A stretch of DNA of 63,427 nucleotides, counting the filler, from Xylographa opegraphella (Eukaryota): NCBI GenBank assembly GCA_022813865.1. It is 3 parts of 3 records of this genome, joined end to end, with 100 filler letters (N's around TTAATTAATTAA, not from the genome) between each part and the next. Parts side by side here need not be neighbours in the genome. Positions count along the whole stretch, not along the records: positions 42,670 to 63,427 come from JALDZX010000137.1; 2 more parts are not named here. One strand, given 5' to 3'. Shown piece after piece: positions 47,602 through 62,988 of this stretch (position 1 is the stretch's first letter; every line of letters begins with the position of its first letter). Under the pieces are notes generated by a model. It worked only from the letters and a program-made list of their open reading frames with translations, was not told the DNA's origin and made no database searches. The translations under genes were made by a program, and so were the position numbers.

Positions 47602-50600
47602 TATTAAAAGGCACGTGTATTTGGATCAGGGCGGGGGCAACAGTAATCGTATATTCGGTGAAGTTCGGTATAGGCCACGAGAACGTGACATATACCTCCT
47701 ACGCTAGTACTAAACTACGCTATATATAAATAGAACTAGCCTTTAGGTATTCCTTTATGCCTATCAGCAAGTATTATTTCTATTAATTAACACTCCCCCG
47801 CAGACTTTGCGATGGTACAACGTTCAGTACTCCCTTGGTTTACTAAGCCCAGCATGTCAACGAAGCGTTCGAAATTAACTGCCTGCAACGGCTTTATTAG
47901 CCTATCAGCCGCCATTTCTCGTGTAAGCACGTAAGTAACTCGGATCCGGCTTTATCTCTGTAGGTCGCGAATATAATAGTAGGCGATATCAATATGCTTT
48001 AACCGTTTATTAATAACGTGATTGTTACCTAGTGCTAGTAAGCCGTTGTTGTCGCCACGTAGTTCCGCGTAGTAGGGAATATTATTTATATACTACGGGT
48101 ATCCGAGTTCGCGAAGCAGTTGAGTTATTATATTTATTTCGCCCTAGTTGATAGTCCTACGTATTCGGCTTTCGTTGTTGACGTAGATACAGACTTCTGC
48201 TTTCGGCTTGCCTATAATATAGCTCCCCCAGCGAGCTTAAAGAGGTACTTAAACGTTGACTTGCGATTGATCAGGCTAGCCGCGTAGTCCGCATCGGTCT
48301 ATTTAACAAGACTTCGATCTTCGCAAGGGCCGAATTAAATATATAGATTAAATAACGATCGTAGGTACCGTAGTAGTCCCTTAACACCGTGCTTGTGGTG
48401 TTTCGCTGGATTTTCAATATACTGACTTAGCTTTTCAAGCGCGAAGGCTATATTAGGTCGCGTGTACACCATCGCGTGTATAATACTTCTGATTATCTTT
48501 TAATACTCTTTCGTATCGGAGTCCTGATCGTATGCTATCTTAGGCCTTATATAATCGTAGCTATTTATCGGGATTTTGATCTTCGCGTGCTTTTCGTGAG
48601 TCATACCTACGTAGTCTAGTATCTTGTTGATGTAACGTGATTAATTTATAGTCAATGTCCTGTTCTTTCTATCGCGAGTAATCTTTATGTCAAGGACTTT
48701 ATTAATCTCCCCCAGGTCCTTAGTTTTAAAGATTTTCGATAGCTCTTTTTTAAATCAGGATATAAACGACAGCTTTTTCGCCGTGATAACCATATCGTCT
48801 ACGTACATTATTAAAATGACTGCCTTTTCGCTGTAAAATAATAGGCATGGGTCCGCCTGATATTGCTTGAATCCTAGAAACTCGCACTGCGAAACCGCGT
48901 TGTTGAATCAGTCTTTTACTGCTTGTTTTAGACCGTATAGGCTGCGTTTCAAACAAAATACTTTACCGGATAATAATATCATGCCACTAGGTAAGGACAT
49001 GTATATCTTTTTATCAAGTTTTGATTCGATAAAGGTATTGCTAATATCCGTTTAATAGTATTTAAAATCTTTTAGAATAATAATAATAATTATAGTACGA
49101 AGCGTATTCATTCTAAAGTAGGAACAAAGATTTTATCGTAATTAACTCCGTAAATTTAAGAAAAGCCGCGTGCAACTAGGCGTGCTTTAAACCTTTCGAT
49201 CTTGCCCTAAGTAGTGTATTTAACGGTAAATACCTATTTACTTGTAACCAGTTTCCGTCCAACGGGTCGGTCTATTGGTTCTTATATTTTATTAACCTTA
49301 AGAGCCTTAACCTCAGCCTTAATAAACTCCTGTCAGTTTTTATTATATTTAGGGTCGTTTACCGCCTTCGCGTATGTTTCTGGAATCGGGATAATATTAA
49401 AGACTGTACCTAAATCGAATTCCGGACCATCGTCGGTATCTTTCTGTACGGCTAGGGCTATTATGCACCGTATATGCTTAACAACGCTTTCATCGTAATC
49501 GAGGTCTTTGTTTCTTGATCGCTTTATCCCTCGCGGAATTTCGAATCGCAGAAATAATCTTAATGGCGGCGTTTAAATGGGTTTCGAACTTTTAAATATT
49601 ATACTTAGAAGGTCCGTATTGCGTACATTAGTCAGTACGTCCGAACTACTAGGTATTATACCTGGGAGTTTTATATCTAAAGGTTCGCGGGCGCGTACTA
49701 ATAACATAAAACCTTCGACGGGGCTCTGACCAGTATACTTATCGGGCATTGCAGTCTTCGAATTTTTAATTAAAAAGATAACCTTTTCGATAGGCTGTTC
49801 GTTAAGTGGCTCGGGTAATAACTAATATTTATTTATATTCGCTGGTCTGCCTTGTAGGCGTCGGTCTAGCATTTCGTTGAAGGTTTCTTAAATGTCTGTC
49901 TTGACCGGAAGCTTAAGATTCACTGCTCCCCCAGGAGTGTATTCCTCGAATGTTACCCTTAATGCTATAATATATTAATATATATCGGGAGCGTAGATCT
50001 AGTACTGTTTCGTGGTATCTTGATTATAGCCTATAAAAATATATACTCGGCCTCGATTTATCAGCTTGTCGTGTCGTCCTTTAACAGGCAGTGACTTCGG
50101 ATTGACGTAGGCATAGCACTTACAGCCCCAGACTCTAACATAATTAATAAAGGGCTTCTCTCCAGTCCATACTTATTCGGGACTAATCATTTCGCCATCG
50201 ATCTTGGGTCTATATGCTGTACGATTGCGAAGGTACGTATTAGTTTTTACTATTTTATCCTAGAACTTTAATAATAATCTAGCATCTTGAAATATAGTCC
50301 TAGCATTCCCCTCGGTTGTCTGAATTGCACATTCGGCGACACCATTTTGGTTCGAGATATACGGGACAGTAAGCTATAATTTGATTCCAAAATTAGTCTC
50401 CCAGAAGCCGAGTTTTTTTTTTAATTCTATGGCGTTATCGCTGCGTACGGCTTTAACCTTTAGGCTTTTCTAAAGTTTTATTACTACCTTCTACTTCTTT
50501 ATTATTATAGGGGTATTTTTCTTTTTAATAATTAGAAGAGACCATATCTTTCGCGTGGCGTTGTCAACGATTTTAATAAAATAGCAGTTGCTATTTAATA

Positions 50601-53098
50601 ATGGTGGTAGTGGGCCGCTTATGTCAATCAATATAAGATCAAGAGTATTAGATTTCTGTAGGTTTAGCAGTTTATTTATTCGATTCCGTGTTTTCGTAAC
50701 TGCGCATACTCCGCATGGCTTGTTTAATACTGGTGCTATTATTTTATCGACTAGGGTAGTCACTTTGTAAAGTCTTCGAATAATATTGGGGTTAAAATAA
50801 ACAAAACGGCGATGCTAGAGGTCGTAATTCTTTTATACAAGGCTTGTTGAGGGGCCTGTGGAGACCATAGGTGTCGTGCTAAGGTTGTCTGAACTCCTAG
50901 GTATCACACCTGGAAGGTCGGCATTATCAGAACTCTCGGCATCCATGGCTGCATTGTTACTACCGGATTGGCACATCTGATTATAGGCATTCAAAGCGAA
51001 CTCTTGGTTAATGGTTTTATATACCTAGTTAATTATATACACTCCCCCGAGCTTCGTGGCTTTGATTATCGTTCGGCCAAAAGAGGTCTTCATCTTTAAG
51101 GTATTTTTATTAAAGCTCCCTTCAAGATCTCCCCTGCATAGCTTTATCCCTAATAAAAGATTTATATTAAAACCAGGGACATAGTAGACCCGTAAACAAA
51201 ATAAGACGACTTCCATTGTCTGCTTTTAACACTGCCTCCCCTACTCTATTAGTATATAGCTTTCCTCCTCCGACCTTTATCGTCCGGCGGGTAACTAATG
51301 TTAGGGCGCTGCTAAACAGTTAAAGATTATTAGTTATGTGAAATGATGCCCCGGAATCCGCAACCTATTTTGAATAAGGAATCTTACTGGCCGCGTCGCG
51401 AGAAACAGCAACAACCTTGATATTCTTATCGTCGTCGGCATTACTGCTATTAGGGTCCCCCTCGCTAGTATCTGACTCAGCGTCGTAAGTACGTCGCTTT
51501 TTCTTATTTTTATGGTAGCGATAAGGTGCACGCTCGCAGGACTTCTTAACAGGTTTTCGCTGACTCGATCTTGAAAGCTCTCATTTAGCATAGCTCTGGG
51601 CATTCGATATGAATGGGCATGCTACTACTTAATGAGTCGCATCCTTGCAGATGAAGCATTTGGTCCTGGGTAAGTCATTATCGCTTCCTGATGATTGACT
51701 ACGTCGCGATTTTGAACGCTTCTGGGGTTACGAGCGGCGTTCGTCCTTCTAAGTAGTTAGGAATTTCGACTGCTTTGCTGCCATTGCTTGCTCAGATCTC
51801 TTGAGTTTATCTTCTTCATCGCGTAGCATTCGGAGCCTGTCTTCGACGGTGATGTTCATTAGGGTTTAAATACCATCGCGCATAGTGGTGTATTTATATA
51901 AAAAACCGCGAAAAAGAATTTAAAATAGCTTTTCATTTTTAAATACAATCTTTATAGCCGGTAAAACCTGAATCACCTTGCTGCGTATTCGTTTTAGATC
52001 AACCTATGCTTTATTAATTATTTTTCTATTTTAAACCTTATATGTCGTAGCTCGTTGAGTAAAGTATTTCCTATTAAGGAACGAGTATCGAAGTATTTTC
52101 CTTTAAGGTGCTTCCATATCTCTTTTGCCGTTTTTATGCCTAGTACGTCCTTTCCATCGAACTCCCCCAGTCCCCTATGAACGATAACCTTCGCTTTAGC
52201 GTTATCCTGCTTCCATTTTTGTTCCTTCTCGATACTGAGAGTCTATTTAGGGAACTAAGAGGATATATCGCGATTTTCATCTGATGGGGTCGGTACGTTT
52301 AAAGATAAAGGTGTTAAAGCATCGATAGTGAAAAGTTTTTAAAACTAAGTAATCAGGCAGTACGACTTTTTAATAGTAGTAAGTATATATTCGATACCTT
52401 TTGATTCGAGGATGTCTTCGGCCTGAATAAACCATGACGTGTCATTATCGCGGGCGAGCTAAGGTAGTAGCGGGAACCTGTCCTAGCTATCCTGATAGGC
52501 CATTGTAGAAGAAAAAAAATTAAAAGAATCGAATGTATCGAAGAAAAAATAATTTATTGCGTTTGTAGCAAGCTACCCTTTCTACTTGTTGTTCTATAGG
52601 TATTAAACTGCCCTTTCTGCTTGTTATCATATAGGTATTAAACTGCCTTAATGCTCGTTGTCCTATCGGTATCGAGCTGCCCGTTCTCCCCCTATATAGA
52701 TAGACCAGTCCTTTAGATTACCTTCCAACAGCTGCAGCACGCGTGAATCGTTCGAATTACTACTAAGCGTCACGCTGATCTCTAGGAGGTATTCACTATT
52801 CTACTTCGTTCGCTCGAGGGTACGGCCGCGTGAATATTAGCAATAACAAGACCTGTTCTGCTGGACCTAACTTTTGTTGCTACCTAGGCTAACCCGGGCT
52901 TATAACCTATTAAAAGGCACGTGTATTTGGATTAGGGCGGGGGCAACAGTAATCGTATATTCGGTGAAGTTCGATATAGGCCACGAGAACGTGACATATA
53001 CCTCCTACGCTAGTACTGAACTACGCTATACATAAATAGAACTAGCCTTCAGGTATTCCTTTATGCTTACCAGCAAGTGATGCTTCTACCAATTAACA
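47602..53098 (-). mobile_element. Full-length RIP-inactivated Ty1/Copia retrotransposon
   Basis: 191-bp LTRs 47602-47792 and 52908-53098; TSD TTATT; PBS GGTTATAAGCCC; PPT gcgggggag; gag knuckle CFICKDATH*VVAC; integrase IDISGP; RT KARLVARGF, LKRSLYGLKQ, YVDDM; RNase H DADYA, KHIDI. Confidence 0.95.
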
Positions 53099-54517
53099 TT
53101 ATTGAAATATATTAACAAGGTCAATAGAATAATTAATAAAAAATTTATAATTTAATTTTTATTATTTTCGTTATTGTATTTCGCCGCTTAAAAGATTTAA
53201 AATCTTATAAATATAAAGGTATTTTTTCTTTTTATTTTAAATACGTATTATATATTTTTATTTTAAATACGTATTATATTTACGTAGTAATAATGCAAGC
53301 GTTATAATTTAAATTTAATTATAAATTAAATAAAATAAAATTCGAATAATTTTAATAAATAATTTTTATTCGTAAACTCGCGCGTTTTAAAATGACGCGT
53401 TTTGTTGAATTAAATTAAATATATTACTACGCTAGCGCGAAAACGATTATTAACGTTCAATATCGTATAAAAATATTTTTTATAATTTTATTATATTATA
53501 ACACAATAATAATATCAAGTGCGAGTTTATTAACGGCAAAATCATATATATTAAAAAACTTTAAATTTTTTTATCGAAAAGAAATGGAGGCAAAGTTTAA
53601 AAATAATTTTTATATTTTGAATTTAATTAAAAAGTTTTTTATTATTTTATTACTATAAAAACTTGCATTTTTGAATTTTTAACTATTAATATTAATTAAA
53701 CGTTATTCAAAATCAATCAAAAAATTTCACGAGTTTATGATTAATATTTTACCAACGATAAATAAATATATTATTTATTCTTTTAAATTGTTTAGATTTA
53801 CGTTATTTTTAATCCAATTTATTTCATTTTTACTTGTGTAAATCGTTAATTTAAAGATTTTTTCGAGTTTAAAATCATATTCATGTTGAAATTTTCGTTT
53901 CGTAAACTCGTAATTTTTAAATTATTAATTTTGAAGTTATTATATTTGTTTTTTATGATTAATCGTCAATTTATTTTCGATTTTATTATATTTTCAATAT
54001 TACGACGTATAACGAATTAGTATCTCGATGAAAATAAAATATTTAAAATAATAAAAAAATTTATTTTTATTATGTAAAAAAATTAAAGTTCTCATTATAT
54101 AAAAAATTTGATTTTAAATTAATTTATATTGTAAAATATTTTGCAATAATTATAATATTTTAAAATTAATTAGTAAAGGAAAAAAAGGGGAGCTTTTCAA
54201 TATTATTATAATTTAAAAATATTATATAATAAAATCTCGTAATAATAACGCTCAACATTTTCGACTTGAAATTCAAAAATTAATATTATTATAATTTTAA
54301 ACCGTGACAATATGGAATTATAATTTCTTTTATTATTAGATTTCGTTAAAAATAATAATAACAATAACAATAATAAAGAATTACGCAGTTAAACTAACGA
54401 TTGATCAGACGTAATTTCGTAGTGAAATTTAAATTTAAATTAAATTATCGGTTATGAGCAAAATCACAATCATGACATGCTCGAGGTCAAAAACACGATA
54501 TCTCGATATATCAAAAA

Positions 54518-55281
54518 TTGTAGCGAAAATCAAGCGACGAAACATCAAAATTTTTAAATTTTAAATATTTTCAAAATTATTTTTTTACGTCGTTACATAA
54601 TAACGATAAATCAGAATATATTAAAATCTTTAAATTTATTAAGTATATATCAGTTTTATTTGATTTTAAATTTACAGTATAATTTCGATTTTTTATAATG
54701 AAATAATAAAGCGATTAGTATAATTTTAAAAAATCGATTTAATAACTCGTTAAACCTTTATTTCTTTGAATAATTTATAAAACTTTAACGATAAATAAAA
54801 TATACTCGAATTTATAAAATTTCAAAATTTCAAGATATTTTAAGTTGCCGTTATTGCGTAACGACGTGAAAGAGTGATTTTGAAAATTTTTGAAACTTTA
54901 AAACTTTTGATGTTTCGTGATAAGGTTCTGACCAATACTGTGTGGAACAGGGGTCGGGGGAACCATGATCCGATGCCTCCGTTGCCTCCATGGCTTCGGC
55001 CACGGAGGCATGGGAGGCATAGGAGGTATCTTAGAACAGGACTTCTATATAGAGCGGAGGATTTCCTTTATTGTAGAAGGCGTGTTCAACTCATGTTATG
55101 ATCTTAGGATAATTAGACTTCAATACAAACCTCTTGTACGAAGACTATTACTCCTGGAGAACTATTAGACTGTTATTGTGCCTTCCTATTCATTCATTGA
55201 CGATTCCAACCCAGATCCCTAATCGAACTATACTAGTGAGAAGCAGGATCGTAACATTTCGTCGCTTGATTTTCGCTACAA
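54518..55281. repeat. Foldback inverted repeat whose right arm is split by a solo LTR
   Basis: 54518-54550 is the exact reverse complement of 54905-54917 joined to 55262-55281 (33 bp); imperfect pairing continues inward for at least ~60 bp. Confidence 0.85.
54918..55256. mobile_element. Solo LTR (family B, variant 2)
   Basis: TG...CA, 339 bp, TSD TTTCG; 3' portion shared with 30593-30905. Confidence 0.92.
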
Positions 55282-55703
55282 CTTTTCGCATGCGTGGGTA
55301 TTCAACAGAGGCCCAAAAATTCAACGATTTGCGGCAGTCTTGGCTTGAGATCCATTCTATTCGTGCAATTGGTCGTCGGAGGGCCCGGTGCTGTGTATTC
55401 CATAAACTACACTAGAAAGTATATTTAATATTCCAGGGGAAACATGTTATGAAATTCTCCGTATCGCAGCTTAGCCCTTGCTGCCCATAGCAGTAGTACT
55501 ATATTGATAAATCATGACAGTCGTTATATTCCCACACACCACAACTGTGACAAGAAGCTCTGAAAAGCCGAGTTGCCAGCGCGACTTGCCTCTCCGACAT
55601 TTTCCATACAAATCCCCCACTGAACACCTAACGTCGGTCTTCGCAGACCTTCTAGCACAAATCGCAAGTGTCCAGAACTCGCGTCGAGGCCTTCCGCGAG
55701 TCT

Positions 55704-56903
55704 TTAATCAATCATCATTCTGCTTGTTGCCGGTCCGTGGGACAGATTTGGCATTTCTGTCATATATGATTTCTCGTCTTCGCTTTCAAACTTCCGGTGC
55801 TCAATGTAACGTTTTAGACCAGTATCGAAGTTCTGCGTGCACGCAATGGCATTGACGATCGTGATAATGATCAGGATCACGGTGATGACGGCGAAAATAG
55901 TTAACGATTTCCGCACTGGGATGTAGCTGTCCACTTTGGATCCATTGTACATGCGCACCAATTTGAAGATAAAGTACGCTACGGCGCAGAAGTAAAGGAA
56001 CTGCAATCTATGATTAGGGTTGTTAATAGGATATTGAATGACTACTTACTACAATGAAGGCCATTCCCCACTTATTCTCCCTCCTTGTCCAAAATCCAGC
56101 CATCACGAGTATTGCGACCGTTATTGGGATTGCCGCGAGGGTCAAACCGAATTCAGGATCGGCTACATTAACCACTACCACTACGAATTGGATAGTGAAA
56201 CCAAGGAAGAAGAAGAAGTCGAATTTAAGAAGCGCGATGTAAATCTACAATATCATGAGCATCTCATCACAGAGGATGATTGACGAGACTGACCTGGAAT
56301 GTAAGATACCGCCGTTTCATCTTCAAATCTGCACTGATGTTCTTATAAATTGTCCACGCAAATTCATCGTATAGCTTCCAAGCGACGCCAGTCATCAGTA
56401 TAAGACCAAGAGCAATGACACCTGGAATCGCTTTTAAGAAAGGCGCGAGGTCGTCCCAGATGTCCAGAATCGTTAAAGTACCGGACAATACACCTGTAGC
56501 GGTTTTGATCTGGTCTATCTGAACCCCAGCATATATAAGGAGGCCAACGTTGTAGAAACAAAGTCCTATAACTTGAATCGTGTTTTTCATGCGCAGTGCG
56601 TCCCATACCAAAACCAGTTGGTACAGCAAACCGAAGATAAACAAGGTTAGAAAGGTGGGAATGGTTCTTGTGTAGGGTTCGCTATATGTGGCAGAGACCG
56701 CTTCCGATTGAGTGGTCAAGGACTCCTCGAAGATAGCGAAGACATATCTGATTCCATATCAGTATTGACTGCCCACCTGGAGCGGCACATTGGAACGAGC
56801 CTATGCTCAGATGGACCCACCCTTCAAATGCAAGCACAATAGCTGCTTGGATGAATGTAATTAAGATGAAGGCCCAAGTCCATACTGAGTCGGGTTTGTA
56901 CAT
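55704..56903 (-). CDS. UPF0658-type multi-pass (Golgi) membrane protein, 4 exons
   Basis: Exons 56903-56821, 56747-56294, 56244-56050 and 56000-55704; motifs TIPTFLTLFIFG, DALRMKNTIQVIG, LYDEFAWTIYK, IYIALLKFDFFFFLGFTIQF, C..NF..GLK. Confidence 0.88.
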
Positions 56904-57813
56904 CTTGCTCGGCTTCCGGGCCCCACCTGGAGGGCCAGACACGTACCCTTCTCTTTCTCTAAAACCGCCAGAGAATGGCTGGAAAGAGATGTCGAAGGTT
57001 TGGCCTCCAAGGAGGGAAGCTTTCGACTCGTGGTTTTGAATTGTGGCGAATTATCGGTGGTTCCTTTGAAAGATTTGCAGATTGGCTGGAATTGGCACGT
57101 TTTGTTCGAAAAGAGTCGCAACTAATTGGATCTCCAAAGCGTTGTACCAGTAGTTATCAAGGGTACCAAGTAAAGTGCCAAAATTTTGCAGATCGAATGG
57201 TTCGATTGTAAAAATGGCTCTGCCGTGTCCGATAGGAATGCGACAGACGCGGTTTGGAATGATGAATTGATCGCAAGAATGGAAAGTTCTGGTTGATGGA
57301 AAGTTTTTTAGGGTTGAAGTTGATAAGGAAACAGCCTCGGAATGATATTGATTGAAGGGGATGTTTGAGAGTAATCGTGTTGGATGGAGGTTCTCGTGGA
57401 TTGTTTCGAGGGAACGTGACTCGGGCTCAGGGGAGTTCCAAAGGCGGCGAATAGAGCTCGAAGAGTTGCAAGAACGCTTGGTGTTTTATTTGGGTCGCTG
57501 CTGCACTCGCACATGTGCACGTTGACTTGACGACTGAAAAGAGTGCAGGGCGTCATGCATCAATGTACTTCCTGCGTAGGGTAGGTATCGCGACAATCTT
57601 CTAACAACTTCTCACAGCCTAAGTTAGGACTCAAGGCAGGAGAGTGGCTGAGTTTCCCGATCCGTAAATCCCTAGGGCTGACCGACAAGTGACAGACTAG
57701 ACAGCCGAGGCTAATTCACCAGCGCCGATGCACATAGCAGCACCAAACTGACAGCTTGAGGACATGGAGTACCTTCATATGGAGTAGAACAATATCGAAG
57801 AGTGTGCTACTCC

Positions 57814-59248
57814 ATGGACAGAGCGATGCCTGACAGACAAGAACTCCTCGAAGGTAAGCGGTTTGCCCACCGAAGTCCACTTCGGTTCCTGGTGTCAAGA
57901 ATTGTTCAGCTCACTCCCCATTTTCAGAGGAGGACATATTAGAAGTCGCTGCTAGGGATGGAAGCATAGAGTGGTAAGATCCTACCTCGGTATTGGAGAT
58001 AACTTCCTCACCATAGTCTAGTACTCGGTGGCCAGGAACTCTTAGTTGGATTCTCCCTAGGTTAGAAAATGTACGGCGTCCAGTAAAGTCCATGGGCTAC
58101 AGGTCTGACATGAGGCCAAGATAGTCTACCATGAGTTTGTGATACCTTTCTTCCCGTTATCGGAGTCGCTGCCTTCATCAGAGGGAAATGAATTGTCAGA
58201 GCTTGGCCTCGAACCCCCATCAACTCCGCCCTTCTCTTCTCACCATTTTCGGAAAGAGAATGCGGTTTCCAACAGCTTTACACCGCGAGCCGGCTCGACG
58301 TCAGCGAGCATGTTTCCTACCTTTTCCCAACATATGGTTCCGGACTCTCAACCTTCTAGTACTTCTGCTGTCCCTGGTACTCTTCCACCGCAATTGCTCT
58401 CACTATACTCTGCCATACAAAAGACCCTCACCTCTAGATACTCAATTTCACCGCCGTACACAGTTCAACGGCTTGCCGAACTTATTCTTCGCCCAAGGAG
58501 CCACTACCGAACACTTCCGTCCTACCTACGCGCCCTCGACCGCGTCCTCTCTGTTTCTAGCACCGCTGACACATTTCCCATCCCCTTGATAGCGACAAAC
58601 AGTGCAATCTTGAATGGAGTTGTTCAAACGACCAGCTACCTTGGCGCTGTTGGTCCACCTGTGCACAACCAAAAACACGACGAGTTTAATGGCGCTGCTT
58701 TAACGCGAATTCCATGGCTCCGTGAACCAAATCATATGCTGATGAACTCGGACCACCCATTGGCTGGAGATCTACGCATTGAGTCGACTTCACTTATAGA
58801 TGGGCCAAACGGTGCAGGCTCACTGGAGACCGTAACAGTTTCTGTCAACGGCATGATTCGCACTTTGAAACAGGATCCCCTCGGCTTAATCTCCACACAA
58901 TCTGAAAATGCTCAACTAGAAAGTGAAGCTGTACAACCTGGAAGGCTGACAAGAAGTAGTGCAGCATCTGCTCTCGCGAGACAAGAGGAAGAAGCGGACG
59001 AGGAAAGAGTGCATGCGCGAGGACCAGCTAAAATCGGGGTCGAGGATATGGGCCCGCAGGCTACCGATCGAGCCGTCGGAGAATTTGATGTGGAAGCTGC
59101 GCTGGGAAGACCCGGGGAAGGAGAAGACGTTGATGGGAAAGAACTAAACGCAGAGAAGGAGAAGAAGCAGTTTGATAGGAGCGGAGGTGGGCATGGGGTC
59201 AGAGGAGAGAAGGGAGAAGAAGAGACGGAGAATGTTGGCGATGCATAG
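57814..59248 (+). CDS. Protein phosphatase 4 core regulatory subunit R2 (PPP4R2/Psy4 family)
   Basis: PPYTVQRLAELILRPRSHYRTLPSYLRALDRVLSVSS signature; three short 5' exons reconstruct MDRAMPDRQELLEEVAARDGSIECTRWPGTLSWILPRLENIVYHEF; acidic tail. Confidence 0.88.
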
Positions 59249-62200
59249 CAGACCCTTGTGCATACAAATGATCCCTAAATTAATAACCATGATACTCTAC
59301 GGTATTACTATCCCCTTAGATGGCAACAAATACATGGCACAAGTCTTGGATAAATCACGGCAAAAGTTTCACATGATCAACTCCTAGCTTTGAAAATAAT
59401 GTAACGTGGCTTATCTGTGGTTCGGGTCACAATTTTTTTCTCGCGTAACGTTATATAAACCCCGGCTCGAGTTATATTTTTACTAAATTTTATTGTAAAT
59501 ACGCATCGCTGCAAGGCGCGGTACAAGATTTTTAGGCGTAAATATAAAAAACTTTATATATATTATAATATAATAAAATATATTTATTTTCGTATACGAT
59601 TTTGCTTTAATTATATTAATTATATCAATATGTTATTAAATTAATTTTTTATAATTTAAAATCTTTTATTGAAATTAAAATTTTATTTCACATATTATTA
59701 TCGTATTCTTATTAATTTAATTTTATTGTCGCGATATTAAAAGTAACGAAAAATGCAATTTTTAAAATAATTTAAATAATTCTTGCGATATCATAAACTC
59801 GCAGCGCATTATTTATAAATTAAACCACTCTCGTCGCATGTAAAAAACAATTTAATTTTATTATTTTAATATATATTATCGTTTTTTATAAGTAATGCCA
59901 GTATTTTTATATATATCGAATTTTACGAATATTTATTAACGATACGATTTTTAAAAAATTTTGATATTTTTACGAGCGAGTAAATAAACCCGTATTTTGA
60001 TTGAAATAAATACAATATTTTTATATTTTTATAATATAACTACAACGCGTTAAACTCTCTCTCGACGTTATTTATAAATAATTTATTTTTAAATTTTAAA
60101 TAAAATAATATATTTAAAACGATATTAAATTTCCCTGATTTATATCGAATATTAAATAGAAGTCGTTGAATATATTCGCTGAATTTATATAATTTTAAAT
60201 TTAGTTTCTCTACTAAAAACGTTGTAAAATTAATTTATTTAACAAACTTAACGTTTAGTTTATAATTTATATAAATAATAGTCGATTATTTATAATTCTT
60301 CATTCTATATTTAACCTTTTAAAGTATTTAAATTAAATTTACTATTTTTTATTTAATTGATTGATATCGAGTTTCGACGTCGATTGTAACTAAAAAATAT
60401 TATTATTTTTAAAAAATATTTAAATAGGTCGATATTAAATTTAACGTAATAAATTATAACATTTATTACTATTTTTAACGCGTTAAAATCGATCAAGAAT
60501 ACTCGAAATTAACTAACATATATTGATATTACCAAATTTCATAATATTTTTCATATAATTTTAAACGATATTAATTCCTTAAATATTGATTAATAAATAA
60601 ATAATCGATTTAAATTTTTTTCATATTATTAGCGATCGGCGAATTTTTTTAAAAATATAATCTTTTTTAATTATGATAAACAAAATTTATTTACGTATAT
60701 TAAAACATAATTACGTATATATTTTATAAATTTAAAATATATTTCGAGCTATTTAAACATTCGAGGGAATTTTGATTTATTTATAATAAAGAATTTTTTT
60801 TCATTATTATAAAATTAAGCGAATTTACTGTTTATTTTAATAATTTAAAATTTAAATAATTTAAAAAGGTTTTTATAATCTTAACAAAAATATTCATAGC
60901 TTTAAATTTATCGAAAATATATTGTAAATAATTAAGATATTTTAATAATAATTTGGAAAATACTACTACGTTACTTACGTATACGCGATAAAATACTTGA
61001 AATTTTTAAAATATTATATTTATTTACCGTTATATATATATTAACGAATTGCGGTACTTTATTATTATTATATTAAATAATTTTTAATTACAATATATTA
61101 TTACGATTAAACGATCTTTATACTTATTAGCTATTAATTATTAATAAAAATAATAATAAATAATTAACGATTATTATGTAATTATATCTTTAAACTACTA
61201 CGATAATATCGTTTTATAATAATGGAAAATATACGTTAAATATTACGAGTTAATTTAAACTATATATATATTTTTTAATTTTTATAATAACTATTATTAT
61301 ATTACGAATACTATATAGTTAAATAAAGTTATTTCTCTTATTTCTTTTATTCCTTTTATTTATTTTATTTATTTTATTTATTTTATTTATTTTATTTATT
61401 TATTTTATTTATTTTATTTTATTTATTTTATTTATTTTATTTATTTTATTTTTAGCTCCCAGTGGGTAAATTTTAATTTTATCGAAAATTCTTAATTTTT
61501 AATTTAATTAAAAAATATCTGTATATATTAAAACTTTAGAGTTTTTCCGAATCCGAAGCTTATCCATAGATTTAAAAAATTATTAATTAATTAACATAAA
61601 TTAAATAAGTATTAATTATTTTAAGCGTAAATACTAACGTCGTTAAGTAAAGTTATTTCGATATTAATAGCGATTTGATTTATTATAAATTTTACGCTCG
61701 TATTTATAAAAATGAAATAAAAGCGTTTAATAAATATATTATTGATTTTAATAGTTATAAAAATATTAATGTAACTATAAATTACGCGGCGGCAAATATT
61801 ACTATAATTTTAATGATCGTTTTTTTAAATTATTTTAATTTACGTATTATCTTAAGGGCGAGCTCGAAAATAGTTATTAATTCTTTAATAGTTTAACAAT
61901 AATTTTTATAGTTTATTTTTATTGAATATTTTAATCGAAATTTTTATAGTATTTTAAAAAAAATGCTCGAAATTGTGTTTCGCTATAATATACGATAATA
62001 AGGCGTCGATTATATATATATATAATAAAAATTTGAAATGCGTTAATTTTAATTTGAATAAAAAATCTTTGCTTAATAGTATATTGATATAAAGAATAAA
62101 GATAAATACTAATCAATAAAATAATATTATAAAATTGTTTTGATAAATTTTTATATAAATTCTTAATTTAACTGAACTCCTGGCCGCGCGATACTAAATA

Positions 62201-62988
62201 GGGATTTTTATATCGTAGAAGTTAATATGAATAATTCGTTTTAAAATATATATATTAATATCATCGAAGTTTATAATTTTTATTTTTATTAATATTTTCG
62301 TCCGTAAATTATTCATTAAATAAATCTCGCGTTTTATAAATGCTGTAAACTTTTTTTCCCGATACGTTTTTACTAAATAAATTAATAAAATTATATATTT
62401 ATTAATATTGTATTTTCGGCTTTAATATTTTTTACTATTATCGGCGTCGCTATAATTTTAATAATTATAAAAAAGCGTTATATAAAACTTATATCTTATT
62501 CGCTAGTAATAAAATATATTTTATATTAAATTTTTTTGTTAGTTTGTCCTTAATTAATTTAAATTTAGCGATCACGTAATAATAACCTTGAAATTCGAAT
62601 TATATATTTTTATTTTTACTGGCATCGATTTTTAAAATAATAATCTTTTAATTAATAAATTTAATATTCTTCAAAAGTATTTTAATTTTTGAATTAATTA
62701 TTATAAAATATATTGTCGCGTTTAAAATAAATTTGATAGCAAATTTAACATCTGTTAAAACTTCAATTTCATTAATTCGTCGATAAAATTCGTTTTTAAT
62801 ATACGCGTACAGTTTATTATTAAATATAGATATTTTTCAATATTTTTTACATTTCATTGTCGAGCTTCATAATTTATTAAATATAAATTTTACGAAATTA
62901 ACTGAAATTTCCTTATCGTTTGATTCTTTTAAAATTTTATCGTTATTTTATTTTATTATTAAAATTTTATCGATATTATCAATATTCT

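Larger units (their letters stand above)
42670..55281. mobile_element. RIP-degraded transposon block
   Basis: Extreme AT content with nested younger LTR elements. Confidence 0.9.
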
